From Minisyncoccota bacterium (lineage in GTDB: Bacteria; Patescibacteriota; Minisyncoccia; Phycocordibacterales; UBA9973), in assembly GCA_028718635.1 (NCBI GenBank), contig JAQULK010000001.1, positions 88,626 through 152,625 of the forward strand: 64,000 bases of DNA, written 5' to 3'. Below the pieces are notes generated by a model. The model worked only from the letters and a program-made list of their open reading frames with translations, ran no database searches and was not told the DNA's origin. This document shows positions 20,690 to 30,729 of the stretch, piece after piece. The translations under genes were made by a program, and so were the position numbers. How positions within the stretch are numbered: the first letter of the stretch is position 1; each line of letters begins with the position of its first letter.

Positions 20690-21223
20690 ATGAAAAATAA
20701 AAATTTAGCAATTGTTCCGATTGAGATTATTGAAAATAAAATTTATCTTATAAGAAATGCAAAAGTAATGCTTGATAAAGATTTGGCTTTTTTGTATCAA
20801 GTGAAACCGATAGCTTTACGCCAACAGGTAAGAAGAAACAAAGAAAGATTTCCTAAAGATTTTATGTTTCAGCTTACAAATAAAGAAGTTGATTTCTTGG
20901 TATCACAAAATGTGATACCTTCGAGAAAAGTTTTAGGTGGCGCTCTGCCCTACGCTTTTACAGAACATGGTGTTACGATGCTATCTTCTGTGCTAAAAAG
21001 CAAAAAAGCGATTGAAGTAAATATCGCGATCATTAGAGCTTTTATAAAATTGCGAGAAATGTTGCAATCTCACAAAGATGTTTTGATTGAAATTGAAAAG
21101 ATAAAAAGAAATCAGAAAAAAGATGGTGAAAAAATTTCTGCTATCATAGATGTAATCAATAAACTCATGGAGCCAAAAGCAGACTTAAAAAGGAAATCAA
21201 TCGGTTTTAAAACAGGAAAATAA
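20690..21223 (+). CDS. ORF6N-domain (KilA-N-like) DNA-binding protein
   Basis: VMLDKDLAFLYQV...RFPKDFMFQLT...PYAFTEHGVTMLSSVL matches the ORF6N pattern. Confidence 0.55.
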   Translation: MKNKNLAIVPIEIIENKIYLIRNAKVMLDKDLAFLYQVKPIALRQQVRRNKERFPKDFMFQLTNKEVDFLVSQNVIPSRKVLGGALPYAFTEHGVTMLSSVLKSKKAIEVNIAIIRAFIKLREMLQSHKDVLIEIEKIKRNQKKDGEKISAIIDVINKLMEPKADLKRKSIGFKTGK

Positions 21224-21997
21224 ATGAAAATAATCAGCTGGAATACAAATGGTTTGAGGGCGACGGCAAAACAGGGATTTCTTGCTCCCCTTTTTGAGAA
21301 ATATAAGCCTGATATTTTGTGCTTGCAAGAGACAAAAGCCGAACCGGACCAGCTTCCAGAAGAAGTGCGCAACGTAAAAAATTATTATTCTTACTTTTCA
21401 CATCCAAAAATTAAAAAAGGATATAGCGGTGTGGCTATCTATTCAGCGGTTGAACCGCTGGAGATCTTCTATGGTATGGGAATAGAAAAATTCGACGAAG
21501 AAGGCAGATTGATCGGCGTTAAGTATAAAGATTTTACTTTGATAAATGTATATTTCCCAAACGGAGGCCAAGGACCGCACAGATTAAAATATAAATTAGA
21601 ATTTTATGATGCTTTTTTAAAATTTATTTTGAAACTGCGAAGAGACGGAGAAAATGTAATTTTCTGCGGGGACATAAACACTGCTCACACCGAGATAGAC
21701 CTCGCTCGCCCGAAAGCAAATGAAGAAAATACGGGTTTCCTGCCCATAGAGCGCGCATGGATAGATAAAGTAATAAAGAATAAATTTATCGATATCTTTA
21801 GAAAATTTTATCCAGAAAAAATAGGTGCTTACACGTATTGGGACATCAAAAGTCGCGCCCGAGACCGCAACGTCGGCTGGCGCATAGATTATTTTTTCGT
21901 TGATGAAAAGATGGTATCTAAAATAAAGTCTATTGGAATGCTAACTAATTACATGGGTTCAGATCACTGCCCGATTTGGCTAGAAATTAAGGAATGA
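21224..21997 (+). CDS. xth: exodeoxyribonuclease III
   Basis: 257 aa. WN.NGLRA, LCLQETK and SDHCP motifs. Confidence 0.85.
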   Translation: MKIISWNTNGLRATAKQGFLAPLFEKYKPDILCLQETKAEPDQLPEEVRNVKNYYSYFSHPKIKKGYSGVAIYSAVEPLEIFYGMGIEKFDEEGRLIGVKYKDFTLINVYFPNGGQGPHRLKYKLEFYDAFLKFILKLRRDGENVIFCGDINTAHTEIDLARPKANEENTGFLPIERAWIDKVIKNKFIDIFRKFYPEKIGAYTYWDIKSRARDRNVGWRIDYFFVDEKMVSKIKSIGMLTNYMGSDHCPIWLEIKE

Positions 21998-22120
21998 ATC
22001 CCGTTAGAAGTCTCCTAGTTAAACAAAGTCACAAAGAGTGATATAATAAGTTTGTATTTTTTATAGTCGTTATTAATAAATTAACTAACGGAAATCTAAA
22101 GATTTCCTACTTCTAACGGG
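21998..22120. repeat. family A element (~120 bp, CCCGTTAGAAGTCTCC...TCCTACTTCTAACGGG)
   Basis: Fills exactly the gap between the xth stop and the ATG of the downstream gene. Confidence 0.75.
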
Positions 22121-22738
22121 ATGAAAGCAGCTAGATTAGAAACTCTTGCAGACGGCATTTTTGCCATCGTGATGACAATCTTGGTTTTTCAAATTAGGCC
22201 GCCGGTTTTGGTGGATCCTACGAATGCCAAAGAACTTGCCTTCGCGATAAAACACATGCTCCCGATTTTCCTTAGTTATCTTTTAAGTTTTTCTCTGCTT
22301 TTTTCTTATTGGCGGGCACATCATTTCTTTGTTTCAGTTTATGCGAAAAATATTGACGTCAATCTGACGAATCTTAATGCGATTTTTTTCTTATTCCTCG
22401 CGCTTATTCCTTTTTCCACTTCTCTGCTCGGAGAGTATAGCAACAATCAATTTTCAATAGTTATTTTTGGCATTCATACCGTCATTATGGGTTTTTGTCT
22501 TTTTGCCATTCGCAGTTATGTGTTTAACTCCGATCATATAAAAAATATCGATGTCAGCAGACAAGAAATACGCCGTGGTACTGTCCGAACCTTTGTGCCT
22601 GTGGTTTTCGGTTTATTGGCAATTGTTCTTTCTTTTTTCAACAATTATCTATCTCTCGTTCTCTTTACCCTCGCTGTGATTTTCAACTTTTCTCAAACAA
22701 GTACTGTCTTTATAGATAAATTTATCAAAAATCTATAG
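22121..22738 (+). CDS. DUF1211/TMEM175-like membrane protein
   Basis: RLETLADGIFAIVMTILVFQI matches the RxxxFSDGV motif, followed by further TM helices. Confidence 0.65.
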   Translation: MKAARLETLADGIFAIVMTILVFQIRPPVLVDPTNAKELAFAIKHMLPIFLSYLLSFSLLFSYWRAHHFFVSVYAKNIDVNLTNLNAIFFLFLALIPFSTSLLGEYSNNQFSIVIFGIHTVIMGFCLFAIRSYVFNSDHIKNIDVSRQEIRRGTVRTFVPVVFGLLAIVLSFFNNYLSLVLFTLAVIFNFSQTSTVFIDKFIKNL

Positions 22739-22742
22739 TTAA

Positions 22743-24422
22743 ATGCAAAAAGTTTGTAAAACTTGTAAAAAAGATTTTGAGATACAACAGGACGATTTGA
22801 ATTTTTACGAAAAGATGAAGTCCCCTGCTCCAAGTCACTGTCCGACTTGCCGAATAATGCGCAGGCTTTGTTTTCGTAATGAGAGAACCCTTTACAAAAG
22901 AACTTGTAGTAAAAGTGGCAAACCCATTATTTCTTTATACCCAGAAAACACTCCCTTCCCTGTTTATGATCAACATATTTGGTGGGGTGATGAATGGGAT
23001 GGAATAGATTATGGACAAGATTATGATCCTAGCCGACCTTTTTTTGACCAATTCCTTGAACTTCGAAATAAAGTTCCGCGTATATCTCTTCTAAATATAA
23101 ATAGTATAAATAGCGAATATGGAAATAATATAGAGGATAGTAAAAATTGCTATTTAACATTTGCAGCGCAAAAAAATGAAGATTCAATGTACGGGAGACT
23201 AATATACAGAAGCCGTTTAGTGGTAGATTGTGATTTTACCCAAGATTCAGAACTCTGTTATGAATGCATAGATTGTAGAAAATGTTACCATTGCCTATTC
23301 TCAGATAGTTGTGAAACAAGTACAGATTTGCTTTTTTGTTTCAATTTGCGCGACTGCCAAAATTGCATTTTTTCTACGAATTTAAGGCATAAAAATTATC
23401 ATATTTTCAATCAACCAGTTTCAAAAGAAGAATATGAAAAACAGAAAAAAGAGATTTTTTCTTCGTATTCAAATTTAGAAAAAGCAAAACAAGAATATGA
23501 AAAATTTAAGAAAAAAGCCATTGTAAAATACTCGCATCAAGTGAAATGTAAAAACGCTACTGGAGATTATTTATATAATTCCCATGACACTAAATACGGT
23601 TTTGATGCTGAAAATACTAAAAACTGTAAATATATAGCAGATGCAGAAGGCACTGTTGATTGTTGGGACATGAATAACACTTACTATAAACCAGAACTCA
23701 ACTTAGATATGATGGGAGTTCTTCAAACTTACAATGTTAAACATTCTTTTTATATATTGTATTCCAGTAATATAGAATATTCTGAAAGTTTAAACAATTG
23801 TGAAAGTTGCTTTGGTTGTACCGGATTAAAAAAGAAAAAATATTGTATTTTAAATAAACAATACGAAAGAGAAGAATATGAAAAATTAAAAGAAAAGATT
23901 ATTGAAAACATGAAAAAGGAAGGCATTTATGGAGATTTTATTTCGCCTCAAATGAGTGTTTTTGGATACAACGAAACCTTGGCTCAAGAATATTTCCCAA
24001 TAACAAAACAAGAAGCCGAAGCAGGAGGCTTTAATTGGCAAGATCAGACTACTGGCACTTATGATAAAGAAACAATCAAAGAAGAAAATATGCCGGAAAC
24101 TATTTCTGAAGTTTCAGATGAAATTTTAAAAGAAATTTTGGTATGCCAAGATTGCAAAAAGAATTTTAGGATTACCAAATCTGAATTGGATTTTTATAAA
24201 AGAATGAATATTCCTCTGCCCCACAAAGATTTCGAATGCCGGCACAAAGACCGTATGAAAAAGCGCAATCCGCGGGAGCTTTGGCGCCGTTCTTGCATGT
24301 GCGAACTCAAAAACCACACTCATGGCACAGAAAAATGCGCAGTAGAATTTGAAACATCCTATTCTCCCAACAAACCAGAGACAGTTTATTGCGAACAATG
24401 TTATCAACAAGAAATATACTAG
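22743..24422 (+). CDS. large Cys-rich protein with terminal zinc-ribbon-like modules (paralogue 2)
   Basis: 559 aa. Collinear with 18809..20557. Same N- and C-terminal modules and central CxxC repeats. Confidence 0.6.
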   Translation: MQKVCKTCKKDFEIQQDDLNFYEKMKSPAPSHCPTCRIMRRLCFRNERTLYKRTCSKSGKPIISLYPENTPFPVYDQHIWWGDEWDGIDYGQDYDPSRPFFDQFLELRNKVPRISLLNINSINSEYGNNIEDSKNCYLTFAAQKNEDSMYGRLIYRSRLVVDCDFTQDSELCYECIDCRKCYHCLFSDSCETSTDLLFCFNLRDCQNCIFSTNLRHKNYHIFNQPVSKEEYEKQKKEIFSSYSNLEKAKQEYEKFKKKAIVKYSHQVKCKNATGDYLYNSHDTKYGFDAENTKNCKYIADAEGTVDCWDMNNTYYKPELNLDMMGVLQTYNVKHSFYILYSSNIEYSESLNNCESCFGCTGLKKKKYCILNKQYEREEYEKLKEKIIENMKKEGIYGDFISPQMSVFGYNETLAQEYFPITKQEAEAGGFNWQDQTTGTYDKETIKEENMPETISEVSDEILKEILVCQDCKKNFRITKSELDFYKRMNIPLPHKDFECRHKDRMKKRNPRELWRRSCMCELKNHTHGTEKCAVEFETSYSPNKPETVYCEQCYQQEIY

Positions 24423-24489
24423 TGAAACTCCTGCCCCGTAGGAAGCTTTGCTTTCCTTCGGGGTGCTATCAACAAGAAATTTATTAAAT

Positions 24490-24528
24490 AAAAAAGGCCC
24501 TCGACATACCGTCGAGGGCAACAATCTC
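24490..24528. terminator. bidirectional terminator hairpin GCCCTCGAC...GTCGAGGGC
   Basis: Between the convergent genes 22743..24422 (+) and 24544..25863 (-). Confidence 0.55.
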
Positions 24529-24543
24529 ACTGCTAGGCACTTG

Positions 24544-25863
24544 CTAATATACAACAATATCTAATTCTTTTTTAAGAGATTCATTTATCCATCTGAATTT
24601 TGCCCAGCGTTTGTAAACCTTTTTAGTTATATAGACATATTTTCCATTTTTTTTTCTTTTTCTAATTATGGGGGAATCAGTCTCTTCTATTAATTCATGC
24701 TTAATTTCCTTTATACTTATCCCCGATTTTATATGTGCATCAAAAACAAACTTTTCAAATATATCTTCAGGGCATCCTCCATCTAAGCGAGTGCGAGCAT
24801 TAACAAATTTCTTTACATCATATATGTTATGATCCATTCCTCCTTCTTCATTTTTATTGCTTGGGTCTACGAGTTGCATTTCAAACTGCCCGCCGTGAGA
24901 AGAAGAATGTAATTTGCCTGTTATAAATATTGCTTCAAATTTTTCATCTTTGGGAGCATTTGATATTTTTATTTTCCCAAATAATTTTTTCATTTGTGAT
25001 GTTGAAAAAAAAGACTTGTTTTCAATTTTTATATCAGTCGCCTTCATTGTTTTAGTGAGCCACTCATATAATTCAGGCAATAATTTTACTGCTTGGTCTT
25101 TTTCTATGGTTATTCTTGAAGCTATGCCATCTTTCAATGCAGCTTTCGCGTCTGAATCTGGCCTTGTGAGAAACTTAAGAATTATTTTTTCAAAATCCTT
25201 TGCTCGTGAGTTGATAGAACCTTCTAGATTACTGTCATTAATTGCGCGGAACCCTTGACCCGTTTCATTGTGATATTTACCGGAAAAAACAAGCGGGGTG
25301 TTTATTGTGGTCTCTCCCTCCGAAGGGGAAGAAACGAGAGCCCCCTCAAAATCTTCAGTGATTTTTTTTAACAACTGACTGTCATTTCTTAACGCCTCAT
25401 AGGTCGCTATCGTAGTCTTAACAATACGGCAATATTTTATTGATTGACTCAAACCTTCTTTGTCACCGGTCAACTTTGTTTTTTCTAAAATTTTAAAAAT
25501 ATCTTCTTTGGATTTTATAGAATCTACTCCTAAAAATAATTCTTTTTCAGAATATTTTAATGTGTCTCTTAAAAAATTCTTAGTTTGCTGAAAGGCGTAA
25601 TTTAAAAGAAAATATTTATCGCGAGATTCTGGGGATTTTCCATTGTCTAAAATAATTTTTGGATCAATCCCTGTTTCTTTTCTAATCCATTCGAGCATGC
25701 CTTCTCTTGTCAGACTGGGAGGAATTCCTGGAAAATCAATGGCTGTAGGCACAAATTCCTTGTCGACAGATTCCAGAGACCCATTCATTACGGCTTCCAT
25801 TAAAGCAAATTTCTTTTCTGGATTTTTGTATATTTCTCTTACTGGAATGCCCTCTAATTTCAT
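24544..25863 (-). CDS. hypothetical protein
   Basis: 439 aa. No confidently recognised motif. Contains a GC-rich palindromic insertion around 25300..25345. Confidence 0.45.
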   Translation of the reverse strand: MKLEGIPVREIYKNPEKKFALMEAVMNGSLESVDKEFVPTAIDFPGIPPSLTREGMLEWIRKETGIDPKIILDNGKSPESRDKYFLLNYAFQQTKNFLRDTLKYSEKELFLGVDSIKSKEDIFKILEKTKLTGDKEGLSQSIKYCRIVKTTIATYEALRNDSQLLKKITEDFEGALVSSPSEGETTINTPLVFSGKYHNETGQGFRAINDSNLEGSINSRAKDFEKIILKFLTRPDSDAKAALKDGIASRITIEKDQAVKLLPELYEWLTKTMKATDIKIENKSFFSTSQMKKLFGKIKISNAPKDEKFEAIFITGKLHSSSHGGQFEMQLVDPSNKNEEGGMDHNIYDVKKFVNARTRLDGGCPEDIFEKFVFDAHIKSGISIKEIKHELIEETDSPIIRKRKKNGKYVYITKKVYKRWAKFRWINESLKKELDIVVY

Positions 25864-25911
25864 ATATATTTTATTATAATTTTAATCTCCTAAACTCACA
25901 AGTTTTGTTTT

Positions 25912-27594
25912 TTACTTCACTCCATGTTTCGTGTGTAGTTTTTTTACCTCTTCTTCTTCTAATTCTTCTTTTTTTTCTTTTCCGCGCAGACCGAGAGTTT
26001 TGAGTTCCGCATCCCCAAGCATATTTAAAGATTTTACCAATTCAGACAAATGTTCCACGGTATTTTTCTCCGGGGCATCCAGCACTTCTTCGAGCAACGC
26101 ATGCAAAATCCACCCCATCCGCGGTCCGGAAGTTATTCCGAGTTCTTTTATCATAAATTCTCCGTTGATTTTTAGCTGTCCGACAGAAATCGGATCCCTC
26201 AAAGCCTCCTCGATCATGGCAAAATATTTTCGAAGCCGATACGGGGCTTCTTTCTTTTTCATTCCCACCCTGTCGCACTCACGGACATCCATTAAAAGCC
26301 AAATATTTTCTTTGCCGACTTTTGTAATAATTCTTCGCACTGCCGAAAGTGTGATCAATTCCGTATCGGAAAAAAACATATGATTGCGCACAAGCTTGGA
26401 CACCAATTCAATTTCTTTTTTAGGAAATTTTAATCTCTCCATTATTTTTTTTGCCATTCGCGCCCCGACAACTTCATGCCCGTAAAAAGTAAATTTCTTT
26501 TTAGCTTTTAAAGACGAAGACGGGGAAATAAATTTGCTTTCGCGGGGTGTCTCGCAGGCTGACGAGCCGAGAGGCAGCGCTGTGCGAGCACGCACAGACA
26601 GCGACCCCGAGAAAGCAGAATTTATTTCCCCGTCTTGTTTCCCTGCAAGTCTTCTAGCTCGCGGTTTCCCAATATCATGAAAAAGCGCTGCGAGCCTTAT
26701 TTCTAAAGACCAATTCTTGTTCGCTGCATGTTGCAATGCAAGTAATGAATGATTCCAAACATCATAAATATGCTCCCCCCCTTGTTCACAATCCACGCCT
26801 TCGAGTAATTCAGGAATTATATTTTTTAACAAATTAAATTTCTGAAGCATTAGCACTCCAGAAGAAGCATTGGCACTAGTTGTTATTTTTACAAATTCAT
26901 CTCGGATTCTTTCCTCAGAAATTTTTTTTATTAATTCCGAATTTTTCAAAATACTTTCCGTTGTTTCTTGCGCAATAAAAAAATTAAGTTGGCAAGAGAA
27001 ACGCACCGCGCGCAACATCCGAAGAGCATCTTCGGCAAAGCGGTCATCTGGATCCCCTACCGCTTTTAACGTCTTGTCCTTAATGTCCTTTATGCCGTCA
27101 AACAAATCTACGAGGTGTCCTTTAGGGCTTAAGGCCATTGCATTGACTGTAAAATCACGTCTCTTGAGGTCATCCTCTAACTTATCACTGAATTTTACCT
27201 CATCAGGATGCCGAAAATCGCTGTATTTTGCCTCTGTTCTATATGGAGTAACTTCAATTATGAAATTATGGGATGTTTCACGAATAACGTCTTGTATTTC
27301 CCCCTCTCCTTTACAAGGAGAGGGTTGGGGTGAGGTTCCCAATGTTTCACGGGAAACAACCACTGCGACCGTTCCAAACGTATTTTCATATACAGTCTTC
27401 TCAAAAAGCCCTATTATTTGTTCCGGTTTTGCATTCGTCGTGACATCCCAGTCGTTTGGTATTTTATCCATTAAAAGATCTCGAACACACCCGCCAACTA
27501 AATATGCCTCAAATCCGGCCTTTTCGAGCGTATTTGTTACATGTGAAACTTCTTTGGGGATTTTGGATATTAAGTTTTTAGTTATTGAATCCAC
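25912..27594 (-). CDS. cca: CCA-adding tRNA nucleotidyltransferase with HD domain, carrying two in-frame palindromic insertions
   Basis: GGCVRDLLM and RRDFTVNAMA (polymerase head). HD motif LFHDIGKP. Insertions at about 27296..27345 and 26518..26625. Confidence 0.85.
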   Translation of the reverse strand: MDSITKNLISKIPKEVSHVTNTLEKAGFEAYLVGGCVRDLLMDKIPNDWDVTTNAKPEQIIGLFEKTVYENTFGTVAVVVSRETLGTSPQPSPCKGEGEIQDVIRETSHNFIIEVTPYRTEAKYSDFRHPDEVKFSDKLEDDLKRRDFTVNAMALSPKGHLVDLFDGIKDIKDKTLKAVGDPDDRFAEDALRMLRAVRFSCQLNFFIAQETTESILKNSELIKKISEERIRDEFVKITTSANASSGVLMLQKFNLLKNIIPELLEGVDCEQGGEHIYDVWNHSLLALQHAANKNWSLEIRLAALFHDIGKPRARRLAGKQDGEINSAFSGSLSVRARTALPLGSSACETPRESKFISPSSSLKAKKKFTFYGHEVVGARMAKKIMERLKFPKKEIELVSKLVRNHMFFSDTELITLSAVRRIITKVGKENIWLLMDVRECDRVGMKKKEAPYRLRKYFAMIEEALRDPISVGQLKINGEFMIKELGITSGPRMGWILHALLEEVLDAPEKNTVEHLSELVKSLNMLGDAELKTLGLRGKEKKEELEEEEVKKLHTKHGVK

Positions 27595-27608
27595 TTCTTA
27601 AATATATG

Positions 27609-27679
27609 TGCGGCCAGAGAGAATCGGACTCTCGTCTCATCCTTGGCAAGGATGTGTTCTACCACTGAACCATGACCGC
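27609..27679 (-). tRNA. tRNA-Gly (GCC)
   Basis: Hand-folded cloverleaf GCGGTCA-TG-GTTC..GAAC-A-CATCC-TTGCCAA-GGATG-AGAC-GAGAG-TCCGATT-CTCTC-TGGCCGC-A. Confidence 0.75.
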
Positions 27680-27834
27680 TAATTATTTATGTATAAAGAC
27701 CACCGAATATGACTGCTAATTATTTTTTAATAATCTAATTATATATTATATACAATTTATTGCAATTTGGAATTTAGGCTTATAAAATAAAATGATTTTG
27801 ATTATTTTTTAAATGATGTATAATTATAATCACT

Positions 27835-27906
27835 GCACCCGTAGTGAAATGGATATCACAACAGTCTTCGGAACTGTCGTTGGGGGTTCGAGTCCCTCCG
27901 GGTGCA
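27835..27906 (+). tRNA. tRNA-Arg (TCG)
   Basis: Acceptor GCACCCG/CGGGTGC, D-stem GTGA/TCAC, anticodon stem ACAGT/ACTGT, loop CTTCGGA, T-arm GGGGG-TTCGAGT-CCCTC. Confidence 0.7.
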
Positions 27907-28166
27907 CAAGATTCTGCTTGTCCTTTATTTTTTTTCATAAAGGCTTGCTGTATAAAGATTTTATTAAAAATGTGGATAACTATGTGCGTACTGTTCATAA
28001 AGGACAGAGTTAGAAGTTGTCTCTTATTGCCATCTTTTTCACAATAATGCTTATAAAATAAGGATATTTTTATAAGAGACATAAATATTTCTCAGATTTT
28101 GTCTTTTCGTTTCACGTGAAACCACGTTAATCGTGAAACCTCATATTTTATTGTAAAATAAAGAAG

Positions 28167-28577
28167 ATGCCAAAAGTATTTACATCAATAACTCAAAAAA
28201 CTGGCGAAATTGGAGAAAACATAGCAGTAAGGTTTCTTGTGAAACATAATTTTTTAATATTAAATAGAAATTACACAAAAAAATGGGGAGAAATAGATAT
28301 CGTAGCTGAAAAAGCCAATAAATTATACTTTGTTGAAGTGAAATCTGTGTCAAGGTTCGACCTTGACAAGGTTACACATGAAACAATAGATCAATATCAT
28401 CCTGAGGACAATATGCACCCGTGGAAACTAAAACGTTTATCGCGAACAATTCAAACTTACCTTTTATCCGAAAAAATACCAGATGAAAAAGAATGGCAAG
28501 TGGATTTATTAATCGTGTTCCTTGATATAAAAAATAAAAAGGCAAAAATAAAAGTAGTCAATGATATTATTTTGTGA
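28167..28577 (+). CDS. YraN-family (UPF0102) endonuclease-like protein
   Basis: 136 aa. GEIGENIAVRFL...GEIDIVAE...YFVEVK pattern. Confidence 0.6.
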   Translation: MPKVFTSITQKTGEIGENIAVRFLVKHNFLILNRNYTKKWGEIDIVAEKANKLYFVEVKSVSRFDLDKVTHETIDQYHPEDNMHPWKLKRLSRTIQTYLLSEKIPDEKEWQVDLLIVFLDIKNKKAKIKVVNDIIL

Positions 28578-28633
28578 TATATTATTAAACGTTGAAGTTG
28601 AAACGGGCTTGCCCGCCGAAGCTTTAGCGAAGG

Positions 28634-28704
28634 CGGGCTGTAGTATACCGGTAGTACAAGTGGTTTGGGACCATTTAGACTGGGTTCGATTCCCAGCAGC
28701 CCGA
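28634..28704 (+). tRNA. tRNA-Pro (TGG)
   Basis: Acceptor CGGGCTG/CAGCCCG, anticodon stem AGTGG/CCATT, loop TTTGGGA, T-arm CTGGG-TTCGATT-CCCAG. Confidence 0.65.
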
Positions 28705-28824
28705 AGGGATGGAGTAAGCAAATTTATTTGCTTACGTTGGGAATTGAAAGGCTTTTCTATGTTGAATGAAATGAAACAGAAAAGCACCTGGCTATGTAAT
28801 AGCCGATCCCAGCAGCCCGACATT

Positions 28825-28895
28825 GCGGGATTAGTTTAGTGGTAGAATAAGAGTTTTCCAAACTCTGGGCAGGCGTTCGATTCGCCTATCCCGCA
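28825..28895 (+). tRNA. tRNA-Gly (TCC)
   Basis: Acceptor GCGGGAT/ATCCCGC, anticodon stem AGAGT/ACTCT, loop TTTCCAA, T-arm AGGCG-TTCGATT-CGCCT. Confidence 0.7.
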
Positions 28896-28896
28896 C

Positions 28897-29622
28897 ATGA
28901 TTATTTGGATAAGTATCGCGACATTAATTTCTACTTTTCTAGGTGGAATGTTTGCTTTACGTTTCAAAGATAAATTGCATTTAATTTTAGGCTTCTCAGC
29001 CGGAGCTGTTATTGGCGTGGCCTTTTTTGATTTATTGCCTGAAGCTTTAGAATTAGGAAAAGGAATTTACGATATAAGTTTCCTCACTTCCATTTCTGCT
29101 CTCGGTTTTATAACTTACATGATTTTAGATAGACTTTTCTTTTTTCATTCACATTGCGATCATGATAGTAAAGAATGTAATCAAAACAAAAGGGGATTGC
29201 TCGGGGCAGGAAGTTTGTCTGCACATAGTTTTATAGACGGTGCTGCGATAGGTTTAGCCTTTCAAGTATCAAATGCTGTAGGTATTATCGTGGCTGTCGC
29301 CGTATTAGTTCATGATTTTTCTGACGGAATAAATACTGTAAATATGATTTTGAAAAATTCTGGTACACGCAAACAAGCTTTTAAATGGCTTCTGGTTGAC
29401 GCTATTGCTCCGGTTTTAGGTATAACTTCCACGTTGTTTTTTTCTGTTTCTGAATCAGCTCTAGGAATAATCCTTGCTGTATTTACTGGATTTTTCTTAT
29501 ATATAGGAGCCTCTGATTTATTGCCAGAAAGTCACCATAGCCACCCCACGGCTTGGACTACTTTTTCTACTATTTTAGGTGTTGCAGTTTTATTTGGAGC
29601 AATAAAACTCGCTGGAATATAA
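28897..29622 (+). CDS. ZIP-family metal (zinc) transporter
   Basis: 241 aa, polytopic. His-rich loop HSHCDHD. Signature HSFIDGAAIG...HDFSDG. Confidence 0.8.
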   Translation: MIIWISIATLISTFLGGMFALRFKDKLHLILGFSAGAVIGVAFFDLLPEALELGKGIYDISFLTSISALGFITYMILDRLFFFHSHCDHDSKECNQNKRGLLGAGSLSAHSFIDGAAIGLAFQVSNAVGIIVAVAVLVHDFSDGINTVNMILKNSGTRKQAFKWLLVDAIAPVLGITSTLFFSVSESALGIILAVFTGFFLYIGASDLLPESHHSHPTAWTTFSTILGVAVLFGAIKLAGI

Positions 29623-29625
29623 AAA

Positions 29626-30729
29626 TTATTTTGCCCAAGAATTGTTTATTCCAGGATTAAACGCGCCTTTAACTTCAAAATGAATATGTGGCCCTGTAGA
29701 GTGTCCTGTAGAACCAACGTAGCCTATAACTTCACCCTGAGATACTTGATCTCCTGAGTGAGTCGCTATTTTTGACTGGTGAGCATATAAAGTCTGAGTG
29801 CCATTAGGATGAGAGATAATAACTAAATTACCAAAACCTCCGTTGTATCCAGTCCTAGCAAAAATAACTCTTCCAGCGGCGGCGGCATGGATAGGAGTAC
29901 CTGTGGCTATGGCTAAGTCCACAGCATTTCCGTCGTGACGTCCTTGACTTAAACGATAACCAGGGGCAGGGTTGATAAATCCGGCAAGATTTTGAGCAGG
30001 GTAGGCTTGATAGGTTTGTTTTTTCTTAGTAGTTGAAGTACTACTTTTAACTGATTTATTATTATCTCCAAGGCTAACATCTCCTCCAGGGATTGTAAGC
30101 TCATCTCCCAAGGCAAGGGTAGAGTCCGGTGTAATACCATTACAATAAATAATATCTTTTGCATCAACTTTGTAAAGTTTCGCTATCTGCTGTAAAGTCT
30201 GTCCTTTAGTAACGGTGTGTTCTACGCCAGAGACAGAAGGGATGAAAAGAACATCATCTCTTGTAAGAGTTTTCTTCATATCATTGGCTGCTAAGACTGT
30301 TTTTTCAGAAACATCAAGTAAGTCGGCTATTTTTGCGATAGTGTCTCCCTCTGCCACCACGTAGACATTCGGCTCTCCGCAGGATGAATCTAAAGCGTTT
30401 TGGTCGTCTGATACGCCTGAACCAACATTCGGAGAAAGTGCCTTGTCGTCAGAGATATTGTCAGTATTCGGATCTATGCCGTTAATGGTATCGTTATTTG
30501 AGCCATCTTTGCTGTTTTCCTCTTCTAAAATTGAAACCGAGGAAACATTCGCTTGAAGTGCATAAGCTTGATCACCCACAAAGATAGAAGACAAAGAAGA
30601 AAACAGATCCGCTTTAACTGACCATATGGGCACAAAAAGAACCCCAAAAAGCAAAGAAAGGGCAAAAAATGATTTTATTTTACTAACTGTTTTTTTTGTA
30701 GGTTTTATAAAACAAACTAAATGTCGCAA
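29626..30729 (-). CDS. LysM-domain M23 metallopeptidase
   Basis: Signal anchor, two LysM repeats, C-terminal M23 motifs (HDGNAVD, HxH in GHSTGPHIHFE). Confidence 0.8.
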   Translation of the reverse strand: MRHLVCFIKPTKKTVSKIKSFFALSLLFGVLFVPIWSVKADLFSSLSSIFVGDQAYALQANVSSVSILEEENSKDGSNNDTINGIDPNTDNISDDKALSPNVGSGVSDDQNALDSSCGEPNVYVVAEGDTIAKIADLLDVSEKTVLAANDMKKTLTRDDVLFIPSVSGVEHTVTKGQTLQQIAKLYKVDAKDIIYCNGITPDSTLALGDELTIPGGDVSLGDNNKSVKSSTSTTKKKQTYQAYPAQNLAGFINPAPGYRLSQGRHDGNAVDLAIATGTPIHAAAAGRVIFARTGYNGGFGNLVIISHPNGTQTLYAHQSKIATHSGDQVSQGEVIGYVGSTGHSTGPHIHFEVKGAFNPGINNSWAK

